DNA of 64,000 nt from Alphaproteobacteria bacterium (GCA_963666705.2 CAXXKO010000025.1:160652-224651); one strand, 5' to 3'; shown: positions 28,977 to 38,925, numbered from the stretch's first letter. The notes: a model not told the origin generated them from the sequence alone. Numbers and translations are program-made.

Positions 28977-29123
28977 GTGCGTCGTCGCTCCACTTCCGCT
29001 GCCCGGGATGTCACCGCCTATCATGTCGCCGCCAAGTTTGCCGGCGGACGGTAATGCATCCGGCACGTCGCGGAAACGGTTACATGGTGATTCGTCGAGG
29101 CTTTCGGCCACGCCGCGCGCGTC

Positions 29124-30574
29124 GGGGATGTCCCGGGCTCTGTTGAAAAGCTGAAGTAGGCGTCGTCCGCCTGGAGCCGCTAGGCTCTGGGTGCTGATTC
29201 CATCAAGGAGAACGACGCCATGACCAAGACTACACGCAACGACCGTTCCTCGGAACCATCCTGTCGGCTCTTGCCATCGATGCCGGAGGCCTTCGACGAT
29301 CTGCGCATGAGCGTCGATCGCTTCTGCCTTTTGGCGGGCCTCGAGTCTTTGAACGAGATGATGTCGGCGGACGCGGAAGCCTTGTGCGGTTCGCGCCACG
29401 CCCGCTCGGGCGAGCGCAAGGGCCATCGATGGGGCACGACCCGGAGCGAGATCGCCTACCACGGCGGCAAAGTGAAGGTCGAGCGCCCTCGGGTGCGGGA
29501 CTTCGCGGGTCGGGAGATGAGCCTGCCGAGTTGGGAGCTGCTGTCGGAACCCGAACTCTTGCAAGCCTGGGCGATGAATCTGATGGTGATCAACGTCTCG
29601 ACCCGCAAGTATGCCCGCGCGGTGCGCCTGCCGGACGATGCGGGCGGCGATCTGCCGGCGGCATCGGGTGACGCAACCTCGAAGTCGGCGGTCTCGCGCC
29701 GTTTCGTGGCGTTGACGCGAAGCAAGCTGAAGGCCTGGCTGGCGAGCCCGCTCGACGATCTCGATCTCGTGGTGCTCCAGATCGACGGGCTCCATGTCGG
29801 CGATCACCTGATGGTGGCGGCGATCGGCATCGACACCGGCGGCGCGAAGCACGTGCTGGGCCTGGCCGAGGGCGCGACGGAGAACGCGGCCACGGTGCAA
29901 GCCATGCTCGACAACCTGATCGAGCGCGGTCTCGATCCCGAACGGCCTCGGCTCTACATCGTCGACGGCGCCAAGGCGCTCTCGAAGGCGATCCGGCGGA
30001 CCTTCGGGCGGGCGGCGGCCCTCCAGCGCTGCCAGGTGCACAAGGGGCGCAACATCACGGACCGGCTGGACGAGAGCCTCCATGCCGGCGTCAGGAAGGT
30101 CTTGCGGCAGGCCTGGCAGCAGGACGACGCGGCCAAGGCCGAACGGCTCTTGCGCAACCTCGCCCGCCGTCTGGAGCATGACGCACCCGGCGTCTCGGGC
30201 TCGATCCTGGAGGGCCTGGACGAGATCCTGACCGTGATCCGGCTCGGCCTCCCGCCGCAACTTCGACACTCGCTGGCTTGCACCAACGCCATCGAGAACG
30301 CGATCGGCACCGTCCGGACGGTGCAGCGGAACGTCAAGCGCTGGCGCAACGCCGAGATGGCGCTGCGTTGGACCGCCGCCGGCCTCTTGGAGGCGCAAAA
30401 GACCTTCCGCCGCCTCAAGGCCTACCGCCAGCTCCCCGTCCTTGACGCCGCCCTGCGGGAGGCGGTGAGAAAGGCCGGAGCAAAGTCCGTCATTGAAGAC
30501 ATCGAGGTGGCCGCGTAGCCTCTCGATCAGACGATGCCTATCTCGCACTTTTCAACATTGGGCGGGACATTGCC
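29124..30574 (+). mobile_element. IS256-family insertion sequence (1451 bp)
   Basis: Imperfect ~28-bp IRs: GGGGATGTCCCGGGCTCTGTTGAAAAGC on the left, versus the reverse complement of the right end, GGCAATGTCCCGCCCAATGTTGAAAAGT. 8-bp TSD CGCGCGTC at 29116-29123 and 30575-30582. Confidence 0.85.
29220..30518 (+). CDS. IS256-family (Mutator-type) transposase
   Basis: 432 aa. ...VVLQIDGLHVGDHLMVAAIGIDTGGAKHVLGL...LYIVDGAKALSKAIRRTFG...QRCQVHKGRNI... Confidence 0.85.
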   Translation: MTKTTRNDRSSEPSCRLLPSMPEAFDDLRMSVDRFCLLAGLESLNEMMSADAEALCGSRHARSGERKGHRWGTTRSEIAYHGGKVKVERPRVRDFAGREMSLPSWELLSEPELLQAWAMNLMVINVSTRKYARAVRLPDDAGGDLPAASGDATSKSAVSRRFVALTRSKLKAWLASPLDDLDLVVLQIDGLHVGDHLMVAAIGIDTGGAKHVLGLAEGATENAATVQAMLDNLIERGLDPERPRLYIVDGAKALSKAIRRTFGRAAALQRCQVHKGRNITDRLDESLHAGVRKVLRQAWQQDDAAKAERLLRNLARRLEHDAPGVSGSILEGLDEILTVIRLGLPPQLRHSLACTNAIENAIGTVRTVQRNVKRWRNAEMALRWTAAGLLEAQKTFRRLKAYRQLPVLDAALREAVRKAGAKSVIEDIEVAA

Positions 30575-30668
30575 CGCGCGTCACGATCCTGCATGCAATG
30601 GTATTGCCACGAAACATTGGGCAACCATTTTATATTCCATCATTCAAGGAGGGAGCGCCGCCATACGC

Positions 30669-32111
30669 TTGCTGGTCCTTCTCGCCGCGCTTTCGCTGTC
30701 GGCTCCGCACGCCATTTTCCCCGTCGCCGGGGGCGGGCCGGACTTGGCCTGGGGCAGAACATCCGGCCCGATCCTAGGCGATGCCTCACCGCGCCGCGCC
30801 GTGCCGGCGAACTACCTGCTGAACCGGACACTGAGGGCCTGCTGGCGCGTGCCGGGCCGCGCATGCGTTCTCGGCCTGGCGCGAGAGGCCGCCGATGAAA
30901 CCCGCATTCCCGAAGACCGCGCCCGAGCACTCATCGCCATCGCGGTAGCCGAAATTGGGGCCGGCGACCGGCACGCGGCGTCGGCAACGCTGCGAGCGGC
31001 GCTCGCACAAGTCCCCGACATCGAGGAAGAGCACACCCGAGGCGCCGTCCTTGGCGAAATCGCCGGCGCCTTGGCCGAAATCGGCGACCTCGGGTCGGCC
31101 CCGGAGATGGCCCGGCAGACCGAGAAAGCATGGTCGATCGGTTGGGCGCTCGTATCGATCGCCAAGGCGCAGGCCGAGGCGGGCGCGATTGCCTCCGCCC
31201 TTGACGTGGCGCGTGGCATCGGGCGGGAGCAGGAGCGCAGTGCGGCACTGGTTCCGGTCGCCAAGGCGCAGGCCGAAGCCGGGAACATCCGCGGAGCGAA
31301 GGCGACGGCTCGCGACATCCAGAACGTGGGGTCGCGTGACTGGGCCGTGAGCCTCATCGCGATCGCCCAGGCCGAGGACGGGGACATCGACGGTGCCATG
31401 GAGACGGCCCGCGACATCTGGGAAGAAGACCGGCTTGCCTGGGCGTTGAGCCGCATGGCGGCCGCCCTGGCCTGGTCCGGCGACCTCGACACCGCCCTGG
31501 CCATGGCCGCGGAAGTTCGCAATCCGTCGGAGCGTGCCTCGGCCATGATCGCGGTCGCCGCGGCGCAGGCCGAGGTTGGCCGTCGCGACGCGGCGCGCGA
31601 GACCTTCGCGGCAGCGGCGCGAATCGCGTCGAAACTGAGGGACGACTGGCGCCGCGACTCGGCATTGAGCGCGATCGCGGTGGCACAAGCCGGTGCCGGC
31701 TACATCGACCTCGCGCGTGAGGTTTTCGATGGTCTGCTCGCCGCCGCCCGGGAGGTGGAAGATGAACGCGCGCGTGCCTGGGACATGTGGGACATGGCCA
31801 AGGCGCAAGCGGACGCCGGCTGGTTCGACGCGGCCCGGGCGACCGCCCTCGGCATCGGGGACGAGGAGCTGCGCTCGAATGCCCTGCGGCACGTCGCCGA
31901 AGCGCAGGCCAAGGCCGGCGCGATCGACGGGGCCCTTGCGACGCTCCGCGAGATCGAGGACGAGCGGGCGCGGGATGGGATCCTTCTGTTCGTCGTGGAG
32001 GCGCGGGCGAGTACCGGTGACATCGACGGTGCCATGAGGACGACCCGTGACATCGAAACCGCTCACATCCGCGCTGAGGCCCTGGCCGCCATCGCCGCAA
32101 TGCTCGATTGA
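30669..32111 (+). CDS. Putative exported alpha-solenoid protein made of ~12 tandem 33-residue repeats
   Basis: Frame of ORF 30534..32111. Hydrophobic LLVLLAALSLSAPHA after an AAGGAGGG RBS-like site (30646-30653). Repeats resemble ExxRaxALxxIAxAQAxAGDIDGAxxTARxI. The start is uncertain: TTG at 30669, ATG at 30534 inside IS256, or a pre-insertion ATG at 29084. Confidence 0.55.
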   Translation: MLVLLAALSLSAPHAIFPVAGGGPDLAWGRTSGPILGDASPRRAVPANYLLNRTLRACWRVPGRACVLGLAREAADETRIPEDRARALIAIAVAEIGAGDRHAASATLRAALAQVPDIEEEHTRGAVLGEIAGALAEIGDLGSAPEMARQTEKAWSIGWALVSIAKAQAEAGAIASALDVARGIGREQERSAALVPVAKAQAEAGNIRGAKATARDIQNVGSRDWAVSLIAIAQAEDGDIDGAMETARDIWEEDRLAWALSRMAAALAWSGDLDTALAMAAEVRNPSERASAMIAVAAAQAEVGRRDAARETFAAAARIASKLRDDWRRDSALSAIAVAQAGAGYIDLAREVFDGLLAAAREVEDERARAWDMWDMAKAQADAGWFDAARATALGIGDEELRSNALRHVAEAQAKAGAIDGALATLREIEDERARDGILLFVVEARASTGDIDGAMRTTRDIETAHIRAEALAAIAAMLD

Positions 32112-32145
32112 CCGGCGGGCGCGGCACGCCGTTGCCGCCCGGCGC

Positions 32146-32925
32146 CTAGTCGAGGTCGGGCATCATATAGTTGAGCGCAAGACGCCCGCCGTCGGCGTAG
32201 ATGGTCTGGCCCGTGAGATAGCTCGCGTCGTCGGAGGCGAGGAAGGCGGCGAGGGCGGCCATCTCCTCGGGCCGGGCGGCGCGGCGCAGGGGCGTGCGCA
32301 GCGCGATGTTGCGGCGGATGTCCGGCTGGCCCTCCAACACCTCCTCCAGCATGTCGGTGAGAGTCGGCCCGGGCGCTATGCCGACGACCCTGATGCCGTA
32401 ATCGGCGAGGGAGATGGCCATAACCTTGGTGAGCTGCACCACCGCCCCCTTGCTGGCCGGATAGGGCACCTGGCCGTGGTTGACCATCATGGCGTTGGTG
32501 GACGCGATGTTGATGATGACCCCGCCATTGCCGAGGTCGACCATGTGCCGCGCCGCCGCCTGGCCGGTAAGGAAGGTGCCCTTGACGTTGATGGCCATGA
32601 CGCGGTCGAAATCCTCTTCCGTCACATCGAAGAAATCGGCGTCGTGGACGATCCCGGCATTGGGGATGCAGATATCGAGGGAGCCGAAGGCCGCCACGGC
32701 CGCGTCCATCAGGGCCACGACCTCGGCCTTCCTGGTCACGTCGCAATGGCGGTAGATGGCCTGGCCGCCCAGGGCCTCGAGCTCGGCAACGGCCGCCGCC
32801 CCCTTCTCGTCCTGGATGTCGCCGAGTGCTATGCGCGCGCCCTCGGCGACGAAGCGCCGCGCGTAGGCGATGCCGATGCCTTGCACGCCGCCGGTGATGA
32901 CGGCGGTTCTGCCTTCGAGCTTCAT
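32146..32925 (-). CDS. SDR-family oxidoreductase (paralog of 28200-28976)
   Basis: MKLEGRTAVITGGVQGIGIAYARRF...YPASKGAV...GGRLALNYMMPDLD. Confidence 0.85.
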   Translation of the reverse strand: MKLEGRTAVITGGVQGIGIAYARRFVAEGARIALGDIQDEKGAAAVAELEALGGQAIYRHCDVTRKAEVVALMDAAVAAFGSLDICIPNAGIVHDADFFDVTEEDFDRVMAINVKGTFLTGQAAARHMVDLGNGGVIINIASTNAMMVNHGQVPYPASKGAVVQLTKVMAISLADYGIRVVGIAPGPTLTDMLEEVLEGQPDIRRNIALRTPLRRAARPEEMAALAAFLASDDASYLTGQTIYADGGRLALNYMMPDLD

Positions 32926-32935
32926 AGTTGGTCCC

Positions 32936-34840
32936 CTATTCCGCGGCCGCCGCGTAGCCGATGCCCTTCAGCGCCTCGGTGATCTCACCCAGGATGGCGG
33001 GGTCGTCGATGGTGGCGGGCGCCTTGTAGTCCTGGGAATCGGCGATCTTCTGCATGGTGCCGCGCAGGATCTTGCCAGAGCGCGTCTTGGGCAGGCGCTG
33101 GACCACAGTCGCCGTCTTGAAGGCGGCCACCGGGCCGATGCGCCCGCGCACGAGCTTGACCACCTCGGCCACGATCTCCTCGTCGGGCCGGTTCACATCC
33201 GCCTTCAGCACCAGGAAGCCCAGGGGCACCTGGCCCTTCATGGCGTCGGCAACGCCGATGACGGCGCATTCGGCCACGTCCGGGTGGGAAGCCAGCACTT
33301 CCTCCATCCCGCCGGTCGAGAGCCGGTGCCCGGCCACGTTGATGACGTCGTCGGTGCGGGTCATGATGTAGATGTAGCCGTCCTCGTCGAAATAGCCTGC
33401 ATCACCCGTCTTGTAATGGCCGGGATAATCCTCGAGGTAGGAGCTTACGTAGCGGTCGTCCGCACCCCACAGGGTCGGCAGGCACCCAGGCGGCAGGGGC
33501 AGCTTGACCACAATGGCGCCGATGTCGCCCGGTTTCACGGGCTCACACTTCTCGTCGAGCACATGGATGTCGTAGCCTGGCACGGGCTTGGTGGGCGAGC
33601 CGTGCTTGACCGGCAGCATGCCGAGGCCGACGCAGTTGGCCGCCATGGGCCAGCCCGATTCGGTCTGCCACCAGTGGTCGATCACCGGCACCTTCAGGTG
33701 CGCTTCCGCCCATTTGAGGGTGTCGGGGTCCGAGCGCTCCCCGGCCAGGAACAGAGTGCGGAAATCGGAGAGGTCGTGGGCGGCGATGAACTTGCCGTCG
33801 GGGTCCTCCTTGCGGATGGCGCGGAAGGCGGTGGGCGCAGTGAAGAGCGCCGCCACCTTGTGCTGGGAGATGATGCGCCAGAAGACGCCGGCATCGGGCG
33901 TGCCAACGGGCTTGCCCTCGAACATGATGCTGGTGTTGCCGTGGAAGAGCGGGGCGTAGACGATGTAGGAGTGGCCCACCACCCAGCCCACGTCAGAGGC
34001 CGCCCAGAAAACCTCTCCCGGGTCCACGTCGTAGACGTTCTTCATACTCCAATTGAGTGCCACCAGGTGCCCGCCATTGTCGTGGATGACGCCCTTGGGC
34101 TCGCCCGTGGTGCCGGAGGTATAGAGGATATAGAGGGGGTCCGTGGCGAGGACGGGCACGCAGTCGCGCGGGCTGGCGGCGGCCACCGCATCGCCCCAAT
34201 CGGTGTCGCGGCCGGGGATCAGGGTGGCGTGGGCCATGGGGCGCTTGAGGACGATGCAGTGCTCGACCTTGTGGCGCGCCAGCTCTATCGCGCCATCGAG
34301 CAGGGGCTTGTATTCGACGATGCGCCCGGGCTCGACGCCGCAGGACGCGCTGACGATGACCTTGGGCTGGCAATCGTCGATACGCACGGCAAGCTCGTTG
34401 GCGGCGAAGCCGCCGAAGACCACGGAATGGACGGCGCCCAGGCGCGCGCAGGCATACATGGCGATCATCGCCTCGGGCACCATGGGCATGTAGACGATCA
34501 CCCGGTCGCCCTTGCCCACGCCGCGGTCGGCGAGCGCGCCGGCGAAGAGGGCAACGGCGTCGCGCAGCTCAGCATAGGTAAAGCTGCTGATCGTGTCCGT
34601 GACGGCGCTGTCGTGGATGAGGGCGGCCTGGTCGCCCCGGCCGCCGTCCACGTGCCGATCGAGGGCGTTGTGGCAGGTGTTGGTCTGGGCACCCACGAAC
34701 CAGCGGTAGAAGGGCGGCCTCGAATCGTCGAGCACCCGGTCCCAGCGCCGGGTCCAGTCGATGGCCTCCGCCGCCTCGGCCCAGAACGCCTCGGGCTCCT
34801 CAATCGATTTCCTGTAGGCTTCGTCGTACCGGCTCGTCAT
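32936..34840 (-). CDS. prpE: Propionate-CoA ligase-like acyl-CoA synthetase (AMP-forming)
   Basis: 634 aa. The N-terminus ...YRKSIEEPEAFWAEAAEAIDW...PPFYRWFVGAQTNTCHNALDRH and VIVYMPMVPEAMIAMYACARLGAVHSVVFGGFA closely parallel E. coli PrpE as I recall it. YTSGTTGEPKG AMP-binding motif. Confidence 0.75.
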   Translation of the reverse strand: MTSRYDEAYRKSIEEPEAFWAEAAEAIDWTRRWDRVLDDSRPPFYRWFVGAQTNTCHNALDRHVDGGRGDQAALIHDSAVTDTISSFTYAELRDAVALFAGALADRGVGKGDRVIVYMPMVPEAMIAMYACARLGAVHSVVFGGFAANELAVRIDDCQPKVIVSASCGVEPGRIVEYKPLLDGAIELARHKVEHCIVLKRPMAHATLIPGRDTDWGDAVAAASPRDCVPVLATDPLYILYTSGTTGEPKGVIHDNGGHLVALNWSMKNVYDVDPGEVFWAASDVGWVVGHSYIVYAPLFHGNTSIMFEGKPVGTPDAGVFWRIISQHKVAALFTAPTAFRAIRKEDPDGKFIAAHDLSDFRTLFLAGERSDPDTLKWAEAHLKVPVIDHWWQTESGWPMAANCVGLGMLPVKHGSPTKPVPGYDIHVLDEKCEPVKPGDIGAIVVKLPLPPGCLPTLWGADDRYVSSYLEDYPGHYKTGDAGYFDEDGYIYIMTRTDDVINVAGHRLSTGGMEEVLASHPDVAECAVIGVADAMKGQVPLGFLVLKADVNRPDEEIVAEVVKLVRGRIGPVAAFKTATVVQRLPKTRSGKILRGTMQKIADSQDYKAPATIDDPAILGEITEALKGIGYAAAAE

Positions 34841-34919
34841 CGCCGCACCCTCCCTCGGCGCGCCCAGCCGCGCGTCACACAGGGATTATCACGCCGGGCG
34901 GTGGTTTTCAAAAGCCGCG

Positions 34920-36651
34920 TTAGGCCGCGCCGCGCCGGGCGGCGGTGGCCGCCGCGTCCACCTCCGCGGAGCCGTCCATGAGGACGACGCCGAAAAGCGC
35001 CGCAGCCGCCTCGGCCGTGTAGTAGCCGCGCCGCACGTCGCGCGCGACGAGGGTGGGCTCGCGCGCGAAGGGGTCGCCGAAGCCGCCGCCGCCCGGGGTC
35101 GAGACACGCACGGAATCTCCCGCCTCGAGCTTGATGCCCTGGTCCTTGGAAAGGTGGGGCGGGACGTAGGCGTCTTCGCCGCGGTGGATCACGACCTTGT
35201 TGGCCCCGCCCTTGGCGCCACCGAGGGCGCCATTGGGCCCTTCGCGGCCGTGGTCCATGACCATGGATGCCTGCGCCGTGCCGCGCCGTATCGTCACACG
35301 GTAGTTGACGCCGAAGCCGCCGCGGTGCTTCCCCGCGCCGCCCGAACCCTCGTGCAGGGAATACTCGTCGAACAGCACGGGGTAGCGCTGCTCCATGACC
35401 TCGATGGGCGTGGTCTTGGAGATGCCGATGGTCGAGCAACCGTTGGTCAGGCCGTCGCCCGCGGTGGAGCCGCCATAGCCGCCGCCCGAGATCACGTACA
35501 TGACGTATGCGCGCCCCTTCTGGGGGTCGTGCCCGCCGAGCGCGAAATTGCCCGAGGTTCCGGCCGGGGCGGCGAACAGCACATCGGGGATGGCGGGGGC
35601 GAGGGCATCGAACACCGCCTCGGCAATGCGCTGGCTGACCTCCGCCGCGCAGCCCGAAACCGGGCGTGGGTATTCGGCGTAGAGGTAAGGTGCCCACGGG
35701 ATCGGTGATGTGCAGGGGCTCGAATGTCCCGGCGTTGATCGGCACCTCGGGGAAGATGTGCTTGATGGCCAGGTAAATGGACGAGCGGGTGGTGGCGATG
35801 ACGCTGTTCATGGGCCCGAGGCAGGGCGGGCTCGACCCCGACATGTCGAAATGGAGGTCCGTGCCCTGCTTCTCGATGCGCATGGCGATGTGGAGGGGGC
35901 GGTCCACCACGCCGTCGGAATCGATCCTGGCCGCGCCGTGATAGGTGCCGTCGGGGATGGTGGCGATGCGGGCGCGCATCTGCTGGGCCGCGCGGGCGCG
36001 CAGCTCGACGATGCAGGCATCGACCGTCTCGGCCCCGTAGCGCATCAGCAGGGCGTCGAGGCGCTTCTCGCCCACCAGGAGGGCCGAGGCCTGGGCCTTG
36101 ATATCGCCGATGCGCTGGTCGGCGATGCGGATGTTGGAGAGGATGATCGACAGGATCTCCTCGTTCATTTCGCCCTCGCGGTAGAGGCGCACGGGCGGCA
36201 GGCGCAGCCCCTCCTGCTCGACCTCGGTGGCGTTGGCGGAGAAGCCGCCCGGCACGGCGCCGCCCGTATCGGGCCAGTGCCCGGTGTTGGCGAGCCAGCA
36301 GTAAAGCGCCCCGCGATGGAAAAAGGGACGGTAGAAGCGCACGTCCATCAGGTGGGTGCCGCCCAGATAGGGGTCGTTGGCGATGAACACGTCGCCCGGG
36401 CGCACGTCCTTGACCCGTGCAATCAGCTCCCGCGTACCGAACTGCATGGTGCCGACGAAGACCGGCAGGCCGAGGTCGCCCTGGGCGATCAGATCGCCCG
36501 TGTCCTTGTGATAGATGCCGTCCGAACGGTCGAGCGCCTCGGAGATCACGGGGCTGAAGGCGGCGCGGACGAAGGCCAGGTCCATCTCGTTGCAGACCTG
36601 GATCAGGCCGCTCTGAATCACGGCCAGGGTGACGGGATCGATGTCGCTCAT
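34920..36651 (-). pseudogene. hyuB: Hydantoinase B/oxoprolinase-family protein, frameshifted
   Basis: MSDIDPVTLAVIQSGL...FEPLHITDPVGT is in the frame of ORF 34837..36984. The minus strand then reads GGCACCTTACCTCTACGCC. Deleting one base (plus-strand t at ~35686) gives GTFLYAEYPRPVSGCAAEVSQRIAEAVFDALAPAIPDV, which joins ORF 34920..35615. Confidence 0.75.
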
Positions 36652-38687
36652 GCGCCTATCTCGATGATGAGGTTGCCGAGGGGGTCGAGCGCGACCCGGT
36701 TGCCGGGCTCGACAATCGTGGTGCAGTCGAGTTGGGTGATGATCGCCGGCCCGCAGAAGCTGGCCGAGAGGGGCAGGCGGCCGCGGTCGTAGACCGGCGT
36801 CTCGCGCCAATCGCCCGGAAACCAGACGCGGCGGGTGCCGGCGCGCGCCTCCTCTAGGCTCTCCGCCTGCTCGCGGCCGGCGAGGGCGGCGAGTGGGACG
36901 GGCGGGCGGCGGCCGATGGCGGCCGTGTGCAGGTTCACGAGCACCGCGCGGATCTCCGGCAGCTCGACGGCGAAGCGGTCCCAATAGGCGGCCTCGAACG
37001 CCGCCTGAAGGCCCGCGACCGTAACGGCCACTCCGGGGATGGGCACGGTCAGCATATGGGTCTGGCCCTCGAACTGCATGTCGGCGAAGTGGAGGAAATC
37101 GATGCCCTCGACCGCCACGCCCTCGCGCCCGATCACTTGGCGGCCCTCGGCGGCCTGGGCGGCGAGGATATCGCGGGCGAGCGCGATATCGAGGGCGCGG
37201 AGCGGCGTGTTGACCGTGTTCACGAAGTCATGGCGCAGGTCGGCGGCGACACAGCCGATGGCGTTGGTGATGCCGGGCCGCGCCGGGATCATGACCCTGG
37301 GAATCGCGAGCTCGCGCGCGAGCGCCGCCGCGTGCATGGGCCCGGCCCCGCCGAAGGCGAAGAGGGTGAAGTCGCGCGGATCGTGGCCGCGGGCGAGCGA
37401 GACCATGCGGATGGCCCCCGCCATGGCGTTGTTGCCGATCTCCAGCACGGCCGCCGCCGCCGCGTCCGCATCGAGGCCGAGGGGATCGCCGACCTCGCGC
37501 GTGAGCGCGCCGCGCACGGATTCGAGCGTCACCGGGCTCTCGACCGAAAGCAGGCCACCCGGATCGAGGCGGCCGAGCACCAGGTTGGCGTCCGTCATGG
37601 TCGGCCGCGTCCCACCTCGGCCGTAGCAGATCGGCCCCGGTGCCGCGCCCGCGCTCTCAGGGCCGACCTGGAGCATACCGGCCGGGTTGATGAAGGCGAT
37701 GGAGCCGCCGCCCGCGCCGATGGTGTGGACATCGACCATGGGGACGTGGATGGGCATGCCGTATTCGAGCTCCAGCTCCGATGTCACCTGGGGCACGCCG
37801 TCGCGCACCAGGCCCACGTCGGAGCTGGTGCCGCCCATGTCGTAGGTGATGACCTGGCTGGTGCCGGCGGCGGCGGCCGTGGCGGCGGCGGCCATGACGC
37901 CGGAGGCGGGGCCGGACATGACCGTGTTCACGGCCGCCTCGGCGACGATGCGCGAGGACATGCTGCCGCCGTTGCCCTGCATGACCAGGAGGTCGTGGGC
38001 GAACCCCCTCTCCGTCAGCTCGGACTGGAGGCGCTCGATATAGCGGTGCAGGACCGGCTGAATCGCCGCGTTGACGGCGGCCGTGGTGCCGCGCTCGTAC
38101 TCCCGGTATTCCGAGAGGATCTCGTGCCCGGCCGTGATGTAGGCGTTGGGCCAGACGGCGGCCGCGATCGCCTTCGCGCGCAGCTCGTGGGCCGGGTTGC
38201 GGTAAGCGTGGAGGAAATGGATGACGAGCGCCTCGCAGCCCTCGGCCAGCAATGCGCGCGCGGCCTGGGCCACCGCATCCTCGTCGAGCGGGGTGACGAC
38301 CGCGCCATCGGCGTCCATGCGCTCAGGCACTTCCAGACGCAGCTCGCGCGGGATCAGGGGCTCGAACCGGCCGCGCAGGCCGTAGGGTGTCGGCCGGGTG
38401 CGGCGGCCAAGCTCCAGCACGTCGCGGAAGCCGCGCGTGGTGATGAGGCCGACCCGGCTGACCTTCCTCTCGAGGAGGGCGTTGGTGGTGGTCGTAGTGC
38501 CATGGCTGATATTCGCCACCTCGGCGAGGCGGGCGCCCACGCCCTCGAGTGCCGCGAGCACGCCATAGGCCTGGTTCTCGACCGTGGTCGGCACCTTGGC
38601 GACACGCACCTCGCCCGTCCCCGGCTCGATCGACACGAGGTCGGTAAAAGTGCCGCCCACGTCCACGCCGATGATCGTCTCCGTCAA
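36648..38687 (-). CDS. hyuA: Hydantoinase A/oxoprolinase-family protein
   Basis: 679 aa. IIGVDVGGTFTDLV, ITYDMGGTSSDV. ATGA overlap with hyuB. Confidence 0.88.
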   Translation of the reverse strand: MTETIIGVDVGGTFTDLVSIEPGTGEVRVAKVPTTVENQAYGVLAALEGVGARLAEVANISHGTTTTTNALLERKVSRVGLITTRGFRDVLELGRRTRPTPYGLRGRFEPLIPRELRLEVPERMDADGAVVTPLDEDAVAQAARALLAEGCEALVIHFLHAYRNPAHELRAKAIAAAVWPNAYITAGHEILSEYREYERGTTAAVNAAIQPVLHRYIERLQSELTERGFAHDLLVMQGNGGSMSSRIVAEAAVNTVMSGPASGVMAAAATAAAAGTSQVITYDMGGTSSDVGLVRDGVPQVTSELELEYGMPIHVPMVDVHTIGAGGGSIAFINPAGMLQVGPESAGAAPGPICYGRGGTRPTMTDANLVLGRLDPGGLLSVESPVTLESVRGALTREVGDPLGLDADAAAAAVLEIGNNAMAGAIRMVSLARGHDPRDFTLFAFGGAGPMHAAALARELAIPRVMIPARPGITNAIGCVAADLRHDFVNTVNTPLRALDIALARDILAAQAAEGRQVIGREGVAVEGIDFLHFADMQFEGQTHMLTVPIPGVAVTVAGLQAAFEAAYWDRFAVELPEIRAVLVNLHTAAIGRRPPVPLAALAGREQAESLEEARAGTRRVWFPGDWRETPVYDRGRLPLSASFCGPAIITQLDCTTIVEPGNRVALDPLGNLIIEIGA

Positions 38688-38702
38688 ACTCTGGCTCCTT
38701 AT

Positions 38703-38925
38703 CTCGACGAGCCGACCAGTCGGCTCGTCTTACGCTCAGGCGCCGCTAAAGCTCCTCGCTGTTCGCTCGGGCGCCGTGTCGGGCTTGCCGGCGAGCCGAT
38801 CATCGGCTCGCCGGTTGCTCCCCATTGATCGCTCAAGCGCCGCTAAGGCTCCTCGTTGTTCGCTCGGGCGCCCTGTCGGGCTTGCCGGCGAGCCGATCAT
38901 CGGCTCGCCAGATAATCCCCGGAAT
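38703..38925. repeat. Intergenic hairpin repeat family 2: leader hairpin plus two ~83-bp tandem units
   Basis: GACGAGCCGACCAGTCGGCTCGTC, then two units (38731-38812, 38827-38909) of ...CGCTCA(G/A)GCGCCGCTAA(A/G)GCTCCTCG.TGTTCGCTCGGGCGCC.TGTCGGGCTTGCCGGCGAGCCGATCATCGGCTCGCC. Related copies at 63124-63256. Confidence 0.8.

Noticed and set aside
29084-29123. Twin-arginine (Tat) signal in the hypothetical pre-IS N-terminus (IRRGFRP)
   Set aside because: The hydrophobic core lies about 35 residues downstream, too far for a Tat signal. The RR is probably fortuitous.
28977-30548. N-terminal 520 aa of the 782-aa ORF 28200..30548, and the N-terminal part of the 726-aa ORF 54285..56465
   Set aside because: Only the last 259 codons (the SDR) and the last 355 codons (the LLM) show family motifs and sensible starts. 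The remainder runs antisense through IS256, or out of frame over the Rieske gene.
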